From a virus, in the IMG/VR virus record IMGVR_UViG_3300032144_000016, positions 1-48,983 of that record: a DNA stretch of 48,983 nt; one strand, given 5' to 3'. The translations under genes and the position numbers were made by a program. Below, one piece after another: positions 16,313 to 25,333 of this stretch. Under the pieces are notes generated by a model. That model was not told the DNA's origin and searched no databases. It was given only the letters and a program-made list of their open reading frames with translations. How positions within the stretch are numbered: the stretch's first letter is position 1; the number at the start of each line of letters is the position of its first letter.

Positions 16313-17739
16313 CCAGAGCCGCTATCCCCTTCGCGCAGCCTCAGGCCTCCGGCATGGCGGGGTCGGGGCCGTCGCACGCCTTCCTAGCGAACTGCATCGT
16401 TGACCGCGACGGGGTGCTGACGCGGCGCCCGGGGCTCGAAGCTTCCTCGCTTTACAGCAGCGTAGTGGACGAAGATGGGCTCGATGCTGTGCATGTAACG
16501 GCCTCAGATGCGGTTTACGCTATCGGTGGCACCTACAACAACCGGCGCGTCTACCGCGTCACTGGTGGCCTCTACGAGCTCACCGGCGTGGACGGGGTCG
16601 GGCGCCTCATCGGCACCGGGCGCCCCGTTATTGCGGAGACGGAAGCTCTTCTAGCCATCGCGACAGGCACCGCGCCGCGGAAGCTGCTCTTCGACGGAGA
16701 CGCGCTTTCAGACCTCGAGAATGCGCCTACAACGTGTACGCACATCATCGCTCAGAGTTCGCGCCTTCTGATGAACGACACCGTGAGCAAGGGACTAGTC
16801 TGGTTCTCGGGGCAGGCGCTTGGCTCGAGTTACGACGGGCACGAGACTTGGGGCGTCACGACGACCAGCGGTTTCTTTAGTCACGAGGCGCGTCCGGACC
16901 CGCTCTTGGCGCTTGCAGAGAACACGAACGAGGTGTTCGGCTTCGGAAGTACCAGTCTCCAGGTTTGGACCCCAGACTCGGCCATCGTCTACTCGGCGGC
17001 GGCGACCCGCGAGTACGGCCTCAGTGCCCCGTACAGCGCCGTGAAGCGCGAACAGCAGTTCTACTTCCTGGACCATCGACGTCGATTCGTGCAGAGCGAC
17101 GGGCGCGGCGCAGAGGTGCTCTCGGGGCCCATCCAGCAGACATTGAACGACCTCGAGACCGTCGATGACGTCTGGGGCTTCTGGTACCAGGAGGGCGTAG
17201 CCGACTGCATCGTGTGGGTATTCCCGACGGCTCGCCGCTGCTTCGCCTATCAGGTCGGCTGGGGCTGGAGCGAGTGGCTCGGCAACGACGGTTCGAACTG
17301 GGCGCCGGTGAACATCGCGAGCGCTTCAGAGCGCCCCTACGGGGGGGAGCGCATCGTGGGCACCCGAGACGGAAAGGTAGCGCGGCTTTCCCGCGGTGCT
17401 GGAGACGACTTCGGCGACCCCATCGTGGCCGAGTCCCGGACTGGGTTTCTGAACAACGGTACCGAGTCGGTGAAGCACTGCCTCTCGGTGTGGGTCACCC
17501 TGAGGCGAGGCACGACTGACGGCACGGAGCGCCCCGTAGGCTGGCTTTCCTACCGAAACGGGCCTGACGAGCCTTGGAGCCGCGTAGCGGTCAGCTGTGG
17601 GGCTACTGGCGACGCGCTCAGTGTGGTACGATTGCCAGGCTTTGGAACGTATCGCCGCCGCCAGTGGCGGTGGGAGTTTTCGGTTTCGGACCTAGAGCTG
17701 GTTTCTGTCGAGGAAGAATTCGAAGTGAGCGAGGTGTAA
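16309..17739 (+). CDS. tail hub protein, P22 gp10-like ('phage stabilisation protein' family)
   Basis: 476 aa (P22 gp10 is ~472 aa). It has recalled gp10-like segments ('RVYRVTGGLYE', 'FGFGSTSLQVW', C-terminal 'RRRQWRWEFSV...'). It lies after the tailspikes and before the ejection proteins. Confidence 0.55.
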   Translation: MTRAAIPFAQPQASGMAGSGPSHAFLANCIVDRDGVLTRRPGLEASSLYSSVVDEDGLDAVHVTASDAVYAIGGTYNNRRVYRVTGGLYELTGVDGVGRLIGTGRPVIAETEALLAIATGTAPRKLLFDGDALSDLENAPTTCTHIIAQSSRLLMNDTVSKGLVWFSGQALGSSYDGHETWGVTTTSGFFSHEARPDPLLALAENTNEVFGFGSTSLQVWTPDSAIVYSAAATREYGLSAPYSAVKREQQFYFLDHRRRFVQSDGRGAEVLSGPIQQTLNDLETVDDVWGFWYQEGVADCIVWVFPTARRCFAYQVGWGWSEWLGNDGSNWAPVNIASASERPYGGERIVGTRDGKVARLSRGAGDDFGDPIVAESRTGFLNNGTESVKHCLSVWVTLRRGTTDGTERPVGWLSYRNGPDEPWSRVAVSCGATGDALSVVRLPGFGTYRRRQWRWEFSVSDLELVSVEEEFEVSEV

Positions 17740-17741
17740 CC

Positions 17742-18152
17742 ATGGGCTTTGCAATGAACGGATTCGGCGGCGGAATGCCCGCAATGGGCAACATGGGGCG
17801 CAACCCATTCGCTGGGCAGAACTTCCAGATGGGCGGGCCGATGAGCGGCATGCAGCGCAACTGGGGACCGCAGAGCTCGGGAGGAGGTAACCCTTTTGCT
17901 GGGCAGAACTTCCAAATGGGCGGCCCGATGGGAGGCGGCCAGCGACAGTGGTCTCTTCAGCCCATGGGGATGAACTTCCAGCCCGGCGGCTTCGGCATGG
18001 GCTTGAACCGTCCCCAGCCCCAGCCTTACGCGCAGCCCAATATGGGCATGGGCCCAGCCCAAGGGAGCGCTCGAGCCAACTACGCGCAAGGTGGCGGCCC
18101 GAACATGTCGATGATGCAGAACTTCCTCGGCGCCGCCGGGGGGAGACGATAA
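17742..18152 (+). CDS. G/M/Q/N/P-rich low-complexity virion protein 1 (136 aa)
   Basis: The ATG is 2 nt after the hub stop. It contains a ~31-aa tandem repeat 'NPFAGQNFQMGGPM.G.QR.W'. Confidence 0.65.
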   Translation: MGFAMNGFGGGMPAMGNMGRNPFAGQNFQMGGPMSGMQRNWGPQSSGGGNPFAGQNFQMGGPMGGGQRQWSLQPMGMNFQPGGFGMGLNRPQPQPYAQPNMGMGPAQGSARANYAQGGGPNMSMMQNFLGAAGGRR

Positions 18153-18155
18153 GTC

Positions 18156-18818
18156 ATGGGCATGGGCATGGGCGGAGGAGGCGGCGGCTTCATGGGCCAG
18201 GTGAACCCGCTCAGCTCTGGGCGCTTCAACGTGCCGGGCACGGGCGGAAACATGGGGATGGACCTGCATCGCATTCCCATTGTCGGGAACATGTTTCAGA
18301 ACCCCTACGACCTGTTCAAGCAGCAGCAGATGCAGAACGCTGCCCAGGCTTATTCGATGTACCGCCCCGAGGCGGCGCAGACGGCCATGAACGCCATGAA
18401 CTCGCAGTCTGCGTCGATGCAGCCGGTCAACAACGCGCTCGCATCGATGTACGGCTCTGGAGCCACGCAAGGCTTCACGGCACAGAACCCCTTCGGACCG
18501 ACGGCGTTTACGCGCGGAGCGGCGGTGGGGTCGAACCCCTACATGCCAGGGCAAGAGCCCCAGCCGGGGCCCGCTGCGACGGGGAGCGACAACACTCAGG
18601 GCGCGGCCGCCACTGCGTGGGACATGTTCAAACGCTACGGCTCCGCGCTCGCCGGAGGCTTTGGCGACGCTGCAAGCTCTGCTGGGGGCGGCCTAGTCAA
18701 CGCTGGACAAGGCGCTGCAGGCAGCGTCGGCACTGGTGTCTCTGCGGCCAATGACTGGGTACGAGATCACCAAGACAACTGGAATGCAGGACTTTGGGGC
18801 GGCGGGAGGTGGTGGTAA
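18156..18818 (+). CDS. G/M/Q/N-rich low-complexity virion protein 2 (220 aa)
   Basis: Starts 'MGMGMGGGGGGFMG', is Met/Gln/Asn/Ala/Gly rich and ends 'GLWGGGRWW'. It is tightly packed with its neighbours. Confidence 0.65.
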   Translation: MGMGMGGGGGGFMGQVNPLSSGRFNVPGTGGNMGMDLHRIPIVGNMFQNPYDLFKQQQMQNAAQAYSMYRPEAAQTAMNAMNSQSASMQPVNNALASMYGSGATQGFTAQNPFGPTAFTRGAAVGSNPYMPGQEPQPGPAATGSDNTQGAAATAWDMFKRYGSALAGGFGDAASSAGGGLVNAGQGAAGSVGTGVSAANDWVRDHQDNWNAGLWGGGRWW

Positions 18819-19787
18819 ATGGGAGGCGGACTCGACTTCTTCGGTGGTGGCGTCCTCGGCGGTGGCCCGAACGGTGGCGGCTTCCAAGACGCGCTGGGCT
18901 TCAACCAGCAGAACCCGGTCACCCAAGGCATGGGCATCGGCATGGGGCCCAACACGGTTGGGGCATGGACGACCCCTGGGCTTCAGCAAGGTACCGCCTT
19001 CGAGGGTGACTACAACATGCAAGGCCCAGGCTCGGCGGAGCAGTACTACGCCGCAGCGGCGCCCTTCTATGGGCAGCAGGGCTTTGGCGACCAGTACTGG
19101 CAGCAGAACCAGGGACGCATTCAAGGCGGCCCGCAAGGGCTAACGAGCAATGCGCAAACTGCTTTCAATCAGGGGCTCCAAACCAGCGCCGACATGTCCC
19201 CCTACTACGACCGCGCGAAGGAGCGAGCTGTTTCCGATGTGGACAAGAGCTTTGCTTCTCGGGGTATGTTTGGCAGCTCTGCTGCGACCGGTCAGGTCGG
19301 GCAAACGGTCGCGGACCTCGAAGCTCAGCGGTCTCGGGACGAAGCTCAGTATGGGCTCCAGCGTGCTGGTATGCTCGGCTCGCTGGGGTCGGGGGCGGAC
19401 GCATCGAACCTAGGCAATGCCGGCATGGACCTGAGCTACCTGCAGGGCGGCGCCAACATGGCGGGCATGTTCGACCAGAACGCGCTGAACCGGGTCAACT
19501 CCGGGATGAACGCCGCGGTTGGCGCGCAAGACGCCCGGCGCACGCGGGTGCAGGACATGTTCGGCAACACCTCAATGCCAGCGATGGCCATGTTCGGCAT
19601 GCAGCAACAGTACCTGCCCCAGATGATGGCGACCGACCAAGCGCTTATGGACTCGAGCATCCTATTCGGCACCGGCTTGGCGCAGGACATGGTGAACAGC
19701 GACCGCTACGCGACCGAGAAGGACCGCGCTGACGCCGACATGGCTGCCGGGCTGATGGGCAAGTTTTTCGGCATGGGAGGCATGTGA
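18819..19787 (+). CDS. G/Q/M-rich internal virion/ejection protein candidate 3 (322 aa)
   Basis: TAAATG junction. The N-terminus is 'MGGGLDFFGGGVLGGGPNGGGF', the protein is Q/G/M-rich, and it ends 'KFFGMGGM'. Confidence 0.65.
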   Translation: MGGGLDFFGGGVLGGGPNGGGFQDALGFNQQNPVTQGMGIGMGPNTVGAWTTPGLQQGTAFEGDYNMQGPGSAEQYYAAAAPFYGQQGFGDQYWQQNQGRIQGGPQGLTSNAQTAFNQGLQTSADMSPYYDRAKERAVSDVDKSFASRGMFGSSAATGQVGQTVADLEAQRSRDEAQYGLQRAGMLGSLGSGADASNLGNAGMDLSYLQGGANMAGMFDQNALNRVNSGMNAAVGAQDARRTRVQDMFGNTSMPAMAMFGMQQQYLPQMMATDQALMDSSILFGTGLAQDMVNSDRYATEKDRADADMAAGLMGKFFGMGGM

Positions 19788-21556
19788 TGGCTCTTGGCCC
19801 TGGCGCAATCGGCAACCTGACGCAGTACATCCCCTACCGGGCAGCGAACCCTGGCGAGTCGTTCCTGCGCGGCGTGGAGTCGCGCGAGCGCGAGCAGCAA
19901 AACCAGTGGTATCGCAGTCAGAAAGAGAAAGAGTACGACCGCGGCATCATCGAAGAGGACCGCAACTTCGCGCTGAAGACCGCCGAGTTCGCGTCCGCTG
20001 AGCAGCGTGCTGCTGAGGCTCAGCGCCTCCGAAAGGCGGCGGCTTACGACGAGCTGTTGGAAGCAGGTCGCGGGAACGACCCCACGCGGCTCCGCTCAGC
20101 CATCTACGCGGCGCAGGCCGTGGGCATCGGCGTGGACGGCGCTGAAGACAAGCTGCGCGAGCTCGAGTCAGGCCAAAGCGATCAGCAACCGGGTCCACCT
20201 GGACAGGAGCAGCCCGGCACCAAGAAGCCGATGTCGCCTGAAGACCAAGCTATCTCGAGCGAACTCGACAAGGTTCGGGGCGACGCGCTGAAAGGGCTCG
20301 GAGACCAAACCCCGCAGCCTGGTGAAAGCATCGGCGATGGGTGGGAAGTGGTCGAGACTCCGCCTGAGGCGAAGACCGAAGCGCCCGCGCCGGCGCAGTG
20401 GCTCACGAACGAGATGGAGGCGCGTGGCGAGATTCCGGTACAGCCCGGGCCTGGCATGGGCATGGGGCTCAGCCCGTTCACTGGGCTGGCGCCGTCCCCA
20501 GGCGAGCAGGCTCTGCCGCCGCAGAGCATGCCGCAAGCTGGTGTTGGTGGGCTTGGCGGACTCAGCCCTGCTCCGGCGCCGCAGAAGCCACGCGGGATGG
20601 TCGCTTACGACATGGACACGGGCGAACCACTAGGTGCCATCGACCACGAGCGCGGCTCTGCGCGGGCCGCGGAGAAGGTTGGCTACGTCTTCGACGCGCT
20701 CGGCTCGAACGCTCGGAACGACAAGGAAAAGCGCGCGGCTGCCATCGCCAAGGACACTGCGATTCGCATGCTCGGACAGCCCGGGGTTACCATCGAGGAA
20801 GCCATTGCCGAAGGCCACAAGCGCTACGATCACGAGACCGGCAACGACACGGCGAAGTCGGTGGCGCGCGGTGGCAAGGAAGAGGAGAGCATCCCTACCG
20901 GCACGTACGGTGGCGGCTTCTCCCAAGGTACCGAGATTGGCCAGCGCGAGCTCCAGCTTCACGACCGCGCCGAACGCATGGGCAAAGACATGTCCGGGCT
21001 CCACAGCGTGAAGAACGTCAACACGGCGGCTGCCATCGGCTCTCAACTCCTGAGCCAGCTGAAGAGCGGGAACTCTGTTTCGCAGAACGAGGTCATCACC
21101 CATCTCATCAAGATGACTCAGGGCGCCAAGAGCACCGACGCCGACCGCCAGTTCTTCCTGAGCTCCTCGGGCAAGCTCGACCAATACGAGCTCATGTTCC
21201 GCAGGTGGGCCGCCAGCGGTTCGCTGCCGCCAGACTTTCGGAAAAACATCGAGGCCTACGTCGGGCTGCTCCAGGCGCACAACCTCGAGCTGAAGGCCGC
21301 CGTGTACGAGAAGGCATACAACCGAGCGATGGAGACGGTCATCTTCTCCGGGCTGCCTCCGGAGCTTCAGGAGCAGTTCGCACGCCAGGTGGCGAATGCT
21401 GCAGTGGGCGAGGGCGGCGGCGGACGGCTCCGTGGGGAGAAGACCCGCGAGAGCATCAAGAGCCGCGAAGAAGGCGAGAAGAGCAAGAAGAGCGGAAGAG
21501 CCGAAAAGCTTGCCGCCGAGGCGGACAAGATTGCGGAGGAGCTAGATGCCCCCTGA
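19784..21556 (+). CDS. internal virion / ejection protein candidate (590 aa)
   Basis: Coupled start, charged coiled-coil segments and Pro/Gly-rich linkers. Its position is analogous to the P22 ejection proteins. Confidence 0.55.
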   Translation: MMALGPGAIGNLTQYIPYRAANPGESFLRGVESREREQQNQWYRSQKEKEYDRGIIEEDRNFALKTAEFASAEQRAAEAQRLRKAAAYDELLEAGRGNDPTRLRSAIYAAQAVGIGVDGAEDKLRELESGQSDQQPGPPGQEQPGTKKPMSPEDQAISSELDKVRGDALKGLGDQTPQPGESIGDGWEVVETPPEAKTEAPAPAQWLTNEMEARGEIPVQPGPGMGMGLSPFTGLAPSPGEQALPPQSMPQAGVGGLGGLSPAPAPQKPRGMVAYDMDTGEPLGAIDHERGSARAAEKVGYVFDALGSNARNDKEKRAAAIAKDTAIRMLGQPGVTIEEAIAEGHKRYDHETGNDTAKSVARGGKEEESIPTGTYGGGFSQGTEIGQRELQLHDRAERMGKDMSGLHSVKNVNTAAAIGSQLLSQLKSGNSVSQNEVITHLIKMTQGAKSTDADRQFFLSSSGKLDQYELMFRRWAASGSLPPDFRKNIEAYVGLLQAHNLELKAAVYEKAYNRAMETVIFSGLPPELQEQFARQVANAAVGEGGGGRLRGEKTRESIKSREEGEKSKKSGRAEKLAAEADKIAEELDAP

Positions 21557-24500
21557 CGCAATGAGACGAGCCCAGGAGCTTCTGGATGACCCGGACACCC
21601 CGGAGGACGCCAAGGCGAAGCTGCGTGCCAAGATGGCCTCCTACAGCGAGAAGGCGCCGCGAAAGCCCATGCTGGGCGACCCTCGAGCGCTCTCCGGCGG
21701 CGAGGCTCTGGAGCAGACGTTCTCCGAGCTCCCCGCCGGCAGGACCCAGCAAGAGGAGCTGGCGAAGTGGGAGACGGTCCGAGAGGGGGCGCCGAAGCCT
21801 AAGGCGGACACCCCGGGAGAGCAGCTTGTTGAGCAGACCTTTGATACGCAGGCGGCAGCCGCAGCGGATGTGCCTTACCCTGAAATGCAGCGCCGGCGGG
21901 CGGAACAGCTTCGAGTTCAGTCTGAGGGGCTTGAGGAGAGCCTCAAGATTCGGAACCTCTCGAAGGACCCGGCGCTTTACGCGCCGCCGGAGTACCGGTC
22001 GCAGCGCTCGCAGATGCCTGGACAGACGCCGTTCCACAATCCCGCTCTGCATGAAGCAATCCCGCACATCGGACACACCGTGTGGGAAGAGCCTTCGCTC
22101 GAGCAGTTTCGCGCCGACATGGATGGCGACCTGCGCGCGCTCGGGCTGAACCCGGAGCGGGTGACTGAAGAGGACCCCATCTACAAGCGCTACGCTGATG
22201 CGATGTGGGCTCAGGCTTACAAGCAAGCAGCTGCCCAGGACCGAAGCATCGTTCGACGCTCTCAACTCCAGGGCGATGACAGCTACGCGATGAGCGTCAT
22301 CAACAATGGTCTGGCCGCCATCATGGGCGCCCAAGAGACCGCCGGCTTCAACGTGCCCGCTGAGCTCGGCGCAGGGGTGATGGTGCCTTTCATGACGCCG
22401 GACAACGACCCCATCGAGGGTGAGCGCCTGGCGCAGGAGATGGTCGTCAACGCGCGCGGGCTCCAGGAGCAGCACCCGGTGGCGAACTTCCTGGGCAGCC
22501 TAGGCGGGGCGCTGCTCCCCGGCGGCGGCTTCCAGGCTGGGCTCGGCAAACTCATGGGCGGGGCCCCGCGCGCGATGGGAGCTGCTGGGCAGCTCGCCAC
22601 GGGCATGGGGGCCGGGGCCGTCATGGGAGCCGGGTCGCAGCTCATCTCCGACACCGTGCGGAACCTCGGAGACATGTCGCGTGGCGCTGACCCAACGCTT
22701 TCGGGCGGCGAGATGGTCGATAGAGCCGGTCTGAGTGGCGTGCTTGGCGGCGCATTCGGCCTTGGCGGCGAGGCGCTCGGTATGGGCGCCCGCGGGCTGA
22801 AGAAGAAGATTCTGGAGTCGCCCTCGGTAGGCAAGGACGTGGCCACGATGGAGGCCGCTGGTATCGAGCCGGGCATCTGGCGCACGGAGCCGCAGGCGGT
22901 GAAGGACGCGCGAGCGCGGACTGCTGCGGCGGGGCTTGGCGGCGACGTGAAGAGCCAGGCAGCGAACGAGCTCCGACAACCCATGGCACGGGCCTGGCGT
23001 GACATCGACGAGCTCGGTAGCGAAGGCGAACTGCCGGCGCTGCAGGACCGCGTAGACGGCTATCTCAGGAGCGAACAGGGCAAGGCAAGGGTTCCGGTCA
23101 CCAATACCGCGAACGCTGTCATCGACCTGTTAGAGTCTCGTGCGTCGGCTTCCGGAGAAGACCTGCCGTTCATGCTGAACCAGGAGAAATTCCGAAGAGT
23201 ACGAAACGACCTTTTCGAAACCAAGACAGTTGCTCCAGACGCAGTGGGGTCGCTCAAGAACGCTGGGTGGCGCGCTCTACCTGAGGAAACCGAGAGCGGA
23301 CTGATTGTGATGGCTCGCCCAAAGCAACTCGATGCCCGTGAGCTGTCTACCGTAATTGACAAGCTCGACGACCTGGCGGGGTTTAGCGGCAAAGAGCTCA
23401 CTGGGCCGAAGGAAAAGGCCTACCGACTCTTCAGCGCTGCGGTGCGCAAGGACCGCGACCAGTTCGTCGGGAACAAGTGGACGGGAAACCTCCGGATGAC
23501 CACGCCGGACGGGGAAACCGTTGAGGGGTTCTCGGCGCTCATGGGACGCCTCTCCGAGGCGAAGCGCGGCAAGACTCGGTTACTTGATGCTGCTGGGCTT
23601 TCAGGCCCGGCGCCTGGCATCAGCTCATCTATCGAGCAAGTCCAGAAGTACGCATCTCGTGCTCCCGGAGAGTGGAAAGAAGAGCTTGCTGACGTACCAC
23701 AGAAGATGCACGAGCTCACGGAGCTAACGAACCAGAAGCTGGCTTCAATGACAGAGCAGGAGCGTAGCGCACTCCGGTCATACACGCGCGAGCATCTTGT
23801 GAAGGGTTACGCTCAGTCGAGCGGAGGCATTGACACTGTCATTGAGAAACTAGCCATCAGCCACCCCACGGACTACGGTACGCTCTATCGTGGGTTCAGG
23901 ATGTCCCCAGAAGAGATTGCTGCTGCGGACAGAGATGGCTTCATCACGAACTCCACCGGGCACGTACCGGCCACCTACAATCAGCAGCTTTCTCTCGCTG
24001 TAGCGGGCAAGGAAAAAGATGGGGTGCCGGTCCTCTTTCGCATCAAAAACGCAGATAAGGGCTACTCGTTCTCGGGGGACAATCTGAGGAAGCTCCAGAA
24101 CACTGTGCTGATTCCTCGCGGGTCGCGCATGCAGATTGTTGGCAGAGAGCGGGTGCCGGTAGAGATGGGTGACGGCAGGACCATTGAGGTCGAGATGTTC
24201 GACCTGAAGACGCGCGCCCCCAAAGTGTTGCCTCGAAGTGCTGTTCGTGAAGGTCTCGGGGTAGACATGACCGAAGAGCAGGCGAAGAAGGTCGACCGCC
24301 TGGCCCAATCCTACCGTCAGCAGGAAGGCACGTCCCGCGGCGACGATGCGGCTTTGGCCGTGGCGCGCGCTGCAGGCGTCGAGAGCGAGCTCAAGATGTG
24401 GGCCGGCATCATGGCTGCCAACCGACTCAAGGCTGGGCGAGAGGGCATCGCAGGAGGCCCAGGCGGCATCCGGGGCTGGCTCAGTGGAAGCGGCCCTCAG

Positions 24501-24944
24501 CTGGTCACGCGAGGGGTGTCGATGCTGAACAAGCTCGGCGCGAAGCCGCTCGGGCAGGCGCCCCAGCCCAGCCAAGAGCTTCGGACCCTGCTCCGGCGCC
24601 TGGTGCCCTTCATGAAGCACGACTCTCCGATGCCGGGCGCACCGCGCCTCCTGGGCATGGCTGGCGGTGGCGGCAGCGCTTGGGCTCAGGGTATGCCCAG
24701 CGAGCAGCGCAAGCAGCAGCTCCTGGAGCCTGGGTACCGTAGCGCGGTCGTAGGCGACCTGCCGCTCGACGAGCTCGTCTACGGCGGCATGGGGCTCTCC
24801 CCCGAGGAGGAGGGCATCTTCACTGGGTTGGTGAATTCCATTAGCCGCGCTGGCACCGGGCTAGCAGAATCGGTAGGAAGAGGAATCGGGCAGAGCATGC
24901 CGAAGCCAGAGCTGCAGAAGCAACCAGAACAGGAGTTGGAGTAA
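21546..24944 (+). CDS. large internal virion / ejection protein (1132 aa) with glycine-zipper segment and ADP-ribosyltransferase-like module
   Basis: Size and position. A Gly-rich hydrophobic stretch lies at aa ~310-420. An ART-like module at aa ~730-890 carries 'ERSALRSYT', 'LYRGF', 'ITNSTG' and 'VLIPRGSRMQIV'. Confidence 0.6.
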   Translation: MPPDAMRRAQELLDDPDTPEDAKAKLRAKMASYSEKAPRKPMLGDPRALSGGEALEQTFSELPAGRTQQEELAKWETVREGAPKPKADTPGEQLVEQTFDTQAAAAADVPYPEMQRRRAEQLRVQSEGLEESLKIRNLSKDPALYAPPEYRSQRSQMPGQTPFHNPALHEAIPHIGHTVWEEPSLEQFRADMDGDLRALGLNPERVTEEDPIYKRYADAMWAQAYKQAAAQDRSIVRRSQLQGDDSYAMSVINNGLAAIMGAQETAGFNVPAELGAGVMVPFMTPDNDPIEGERLAQEMVVNARGLQEQHPVANFLGSLGGALLPGGGFQAGLGKLMGGAPRAMGAAGQLATGMGAGAVMGAGSQLISDTVRNLGDMSRGADPTLSGGEMVDRAGLSGVLGGAFGLGGEALGMGARGLKKKILESPSVGKDVATMEAAGIEPGIWRTEPQAVKDARARTAAAGLGGDVKSQAANELRQPMARAWRDIDELGSEGELPALQDRVDGYLRSEQGKARVPVTNTANAVIDLLESRASASGEDLPFMLNQEKFRRVRNDLFETKTVAPDAVGSLKNAGWRALPEETESGLIVMARPKQLDARELSTVIDKLDDLAGFSGKELTGPKEKAYRLFSAAVRKDRDQFVGNKWTGNLRMTTPDGETVEGFSALMGRLSEAKRGKTRLLDAAGLSGPAPGISSSIEQVQKYASRAPGEWKEELADVPQKMHELTELTNQKLASMTEQERSALRSYTREHLVKGYAQSSGGIDTVIEKLAISHPTDYGTLYRGFRMSPEEIAAADRDGFITNSTGHVPATYNQQLSLAVAGKEKDGVPVLFRIKNADKGYSFSGDNLRKLQNTVLIPRGSRMQIVGRERVPVEMGDGRTIEVEMFDLKTRAPKVLPRSAVREGLGVDMTEEQAKKVDRLAQSYRQQEGTSRGDDAALAVARAAGVESELKMWAGIMAANRLKAGREGIAGGPGGIRGWLSGSGPQLVTRGVSMLNKLGAKPLGQAPQPSQELRTLLRRLVPFMKHDSPMPGAPRLLGMAGGGGSAWAQGMPSEQRKQQLLEPGYRSAVVGDLPLDELVYGGMGLSPEEEGIFTGLVNSISRAGTGLAESVGRGIGQSMPKPELQKQPEQELE

Positions 24945-25333
24945 TGCCGGACGACAGCATCATTGTACAGGCAGAGCATGTCACCATGCCGGTGGCAGGC
25001 CGCATCGCGGCGGTGGCAGTGACTTCGACGAGCGGTGCCACCGACATGAGTGCCACGAACCAGCTCGGGACATATCTGCAGGTAGGAAGATACGTCACCA
25101 TGGTGGCTGACGGGAACGACATCTACATCGCGACCGGTACCACGGACCCGAGCGCCATCGACGACACCAACACGACCGCGGGCAACGCGGCGCGCTGCTA
25201 CCTACTCACGGCGGGAATCCCCCAGAGCTTCGCCTACAACGGCGAAAAGTACTGGGAACTCAAGTGCGCCTCAGGCGAGACGGCGACACTCCGAGCGTAC
25301 GTATCTTCGAGGTTGCCGAGCCAGACGAGCTGA
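24944..25333 (+). CDS. hypothetical structural protein (129 aa)
   Basis: TAATG and TGATG coupling; beta-rich. Confidence 0.55.
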   Translation: MPDDSIIVQAEHVTMPVAGRIAAVAVTSTSGATDMSATNQLGTYLQVGRYVTMVADGNDIYIATGTTDPSAIDDTNTTAGNAARCYLLTAGIPQSFAYNGEKYWELKCASGETATLRAYVSSRLPSQTS

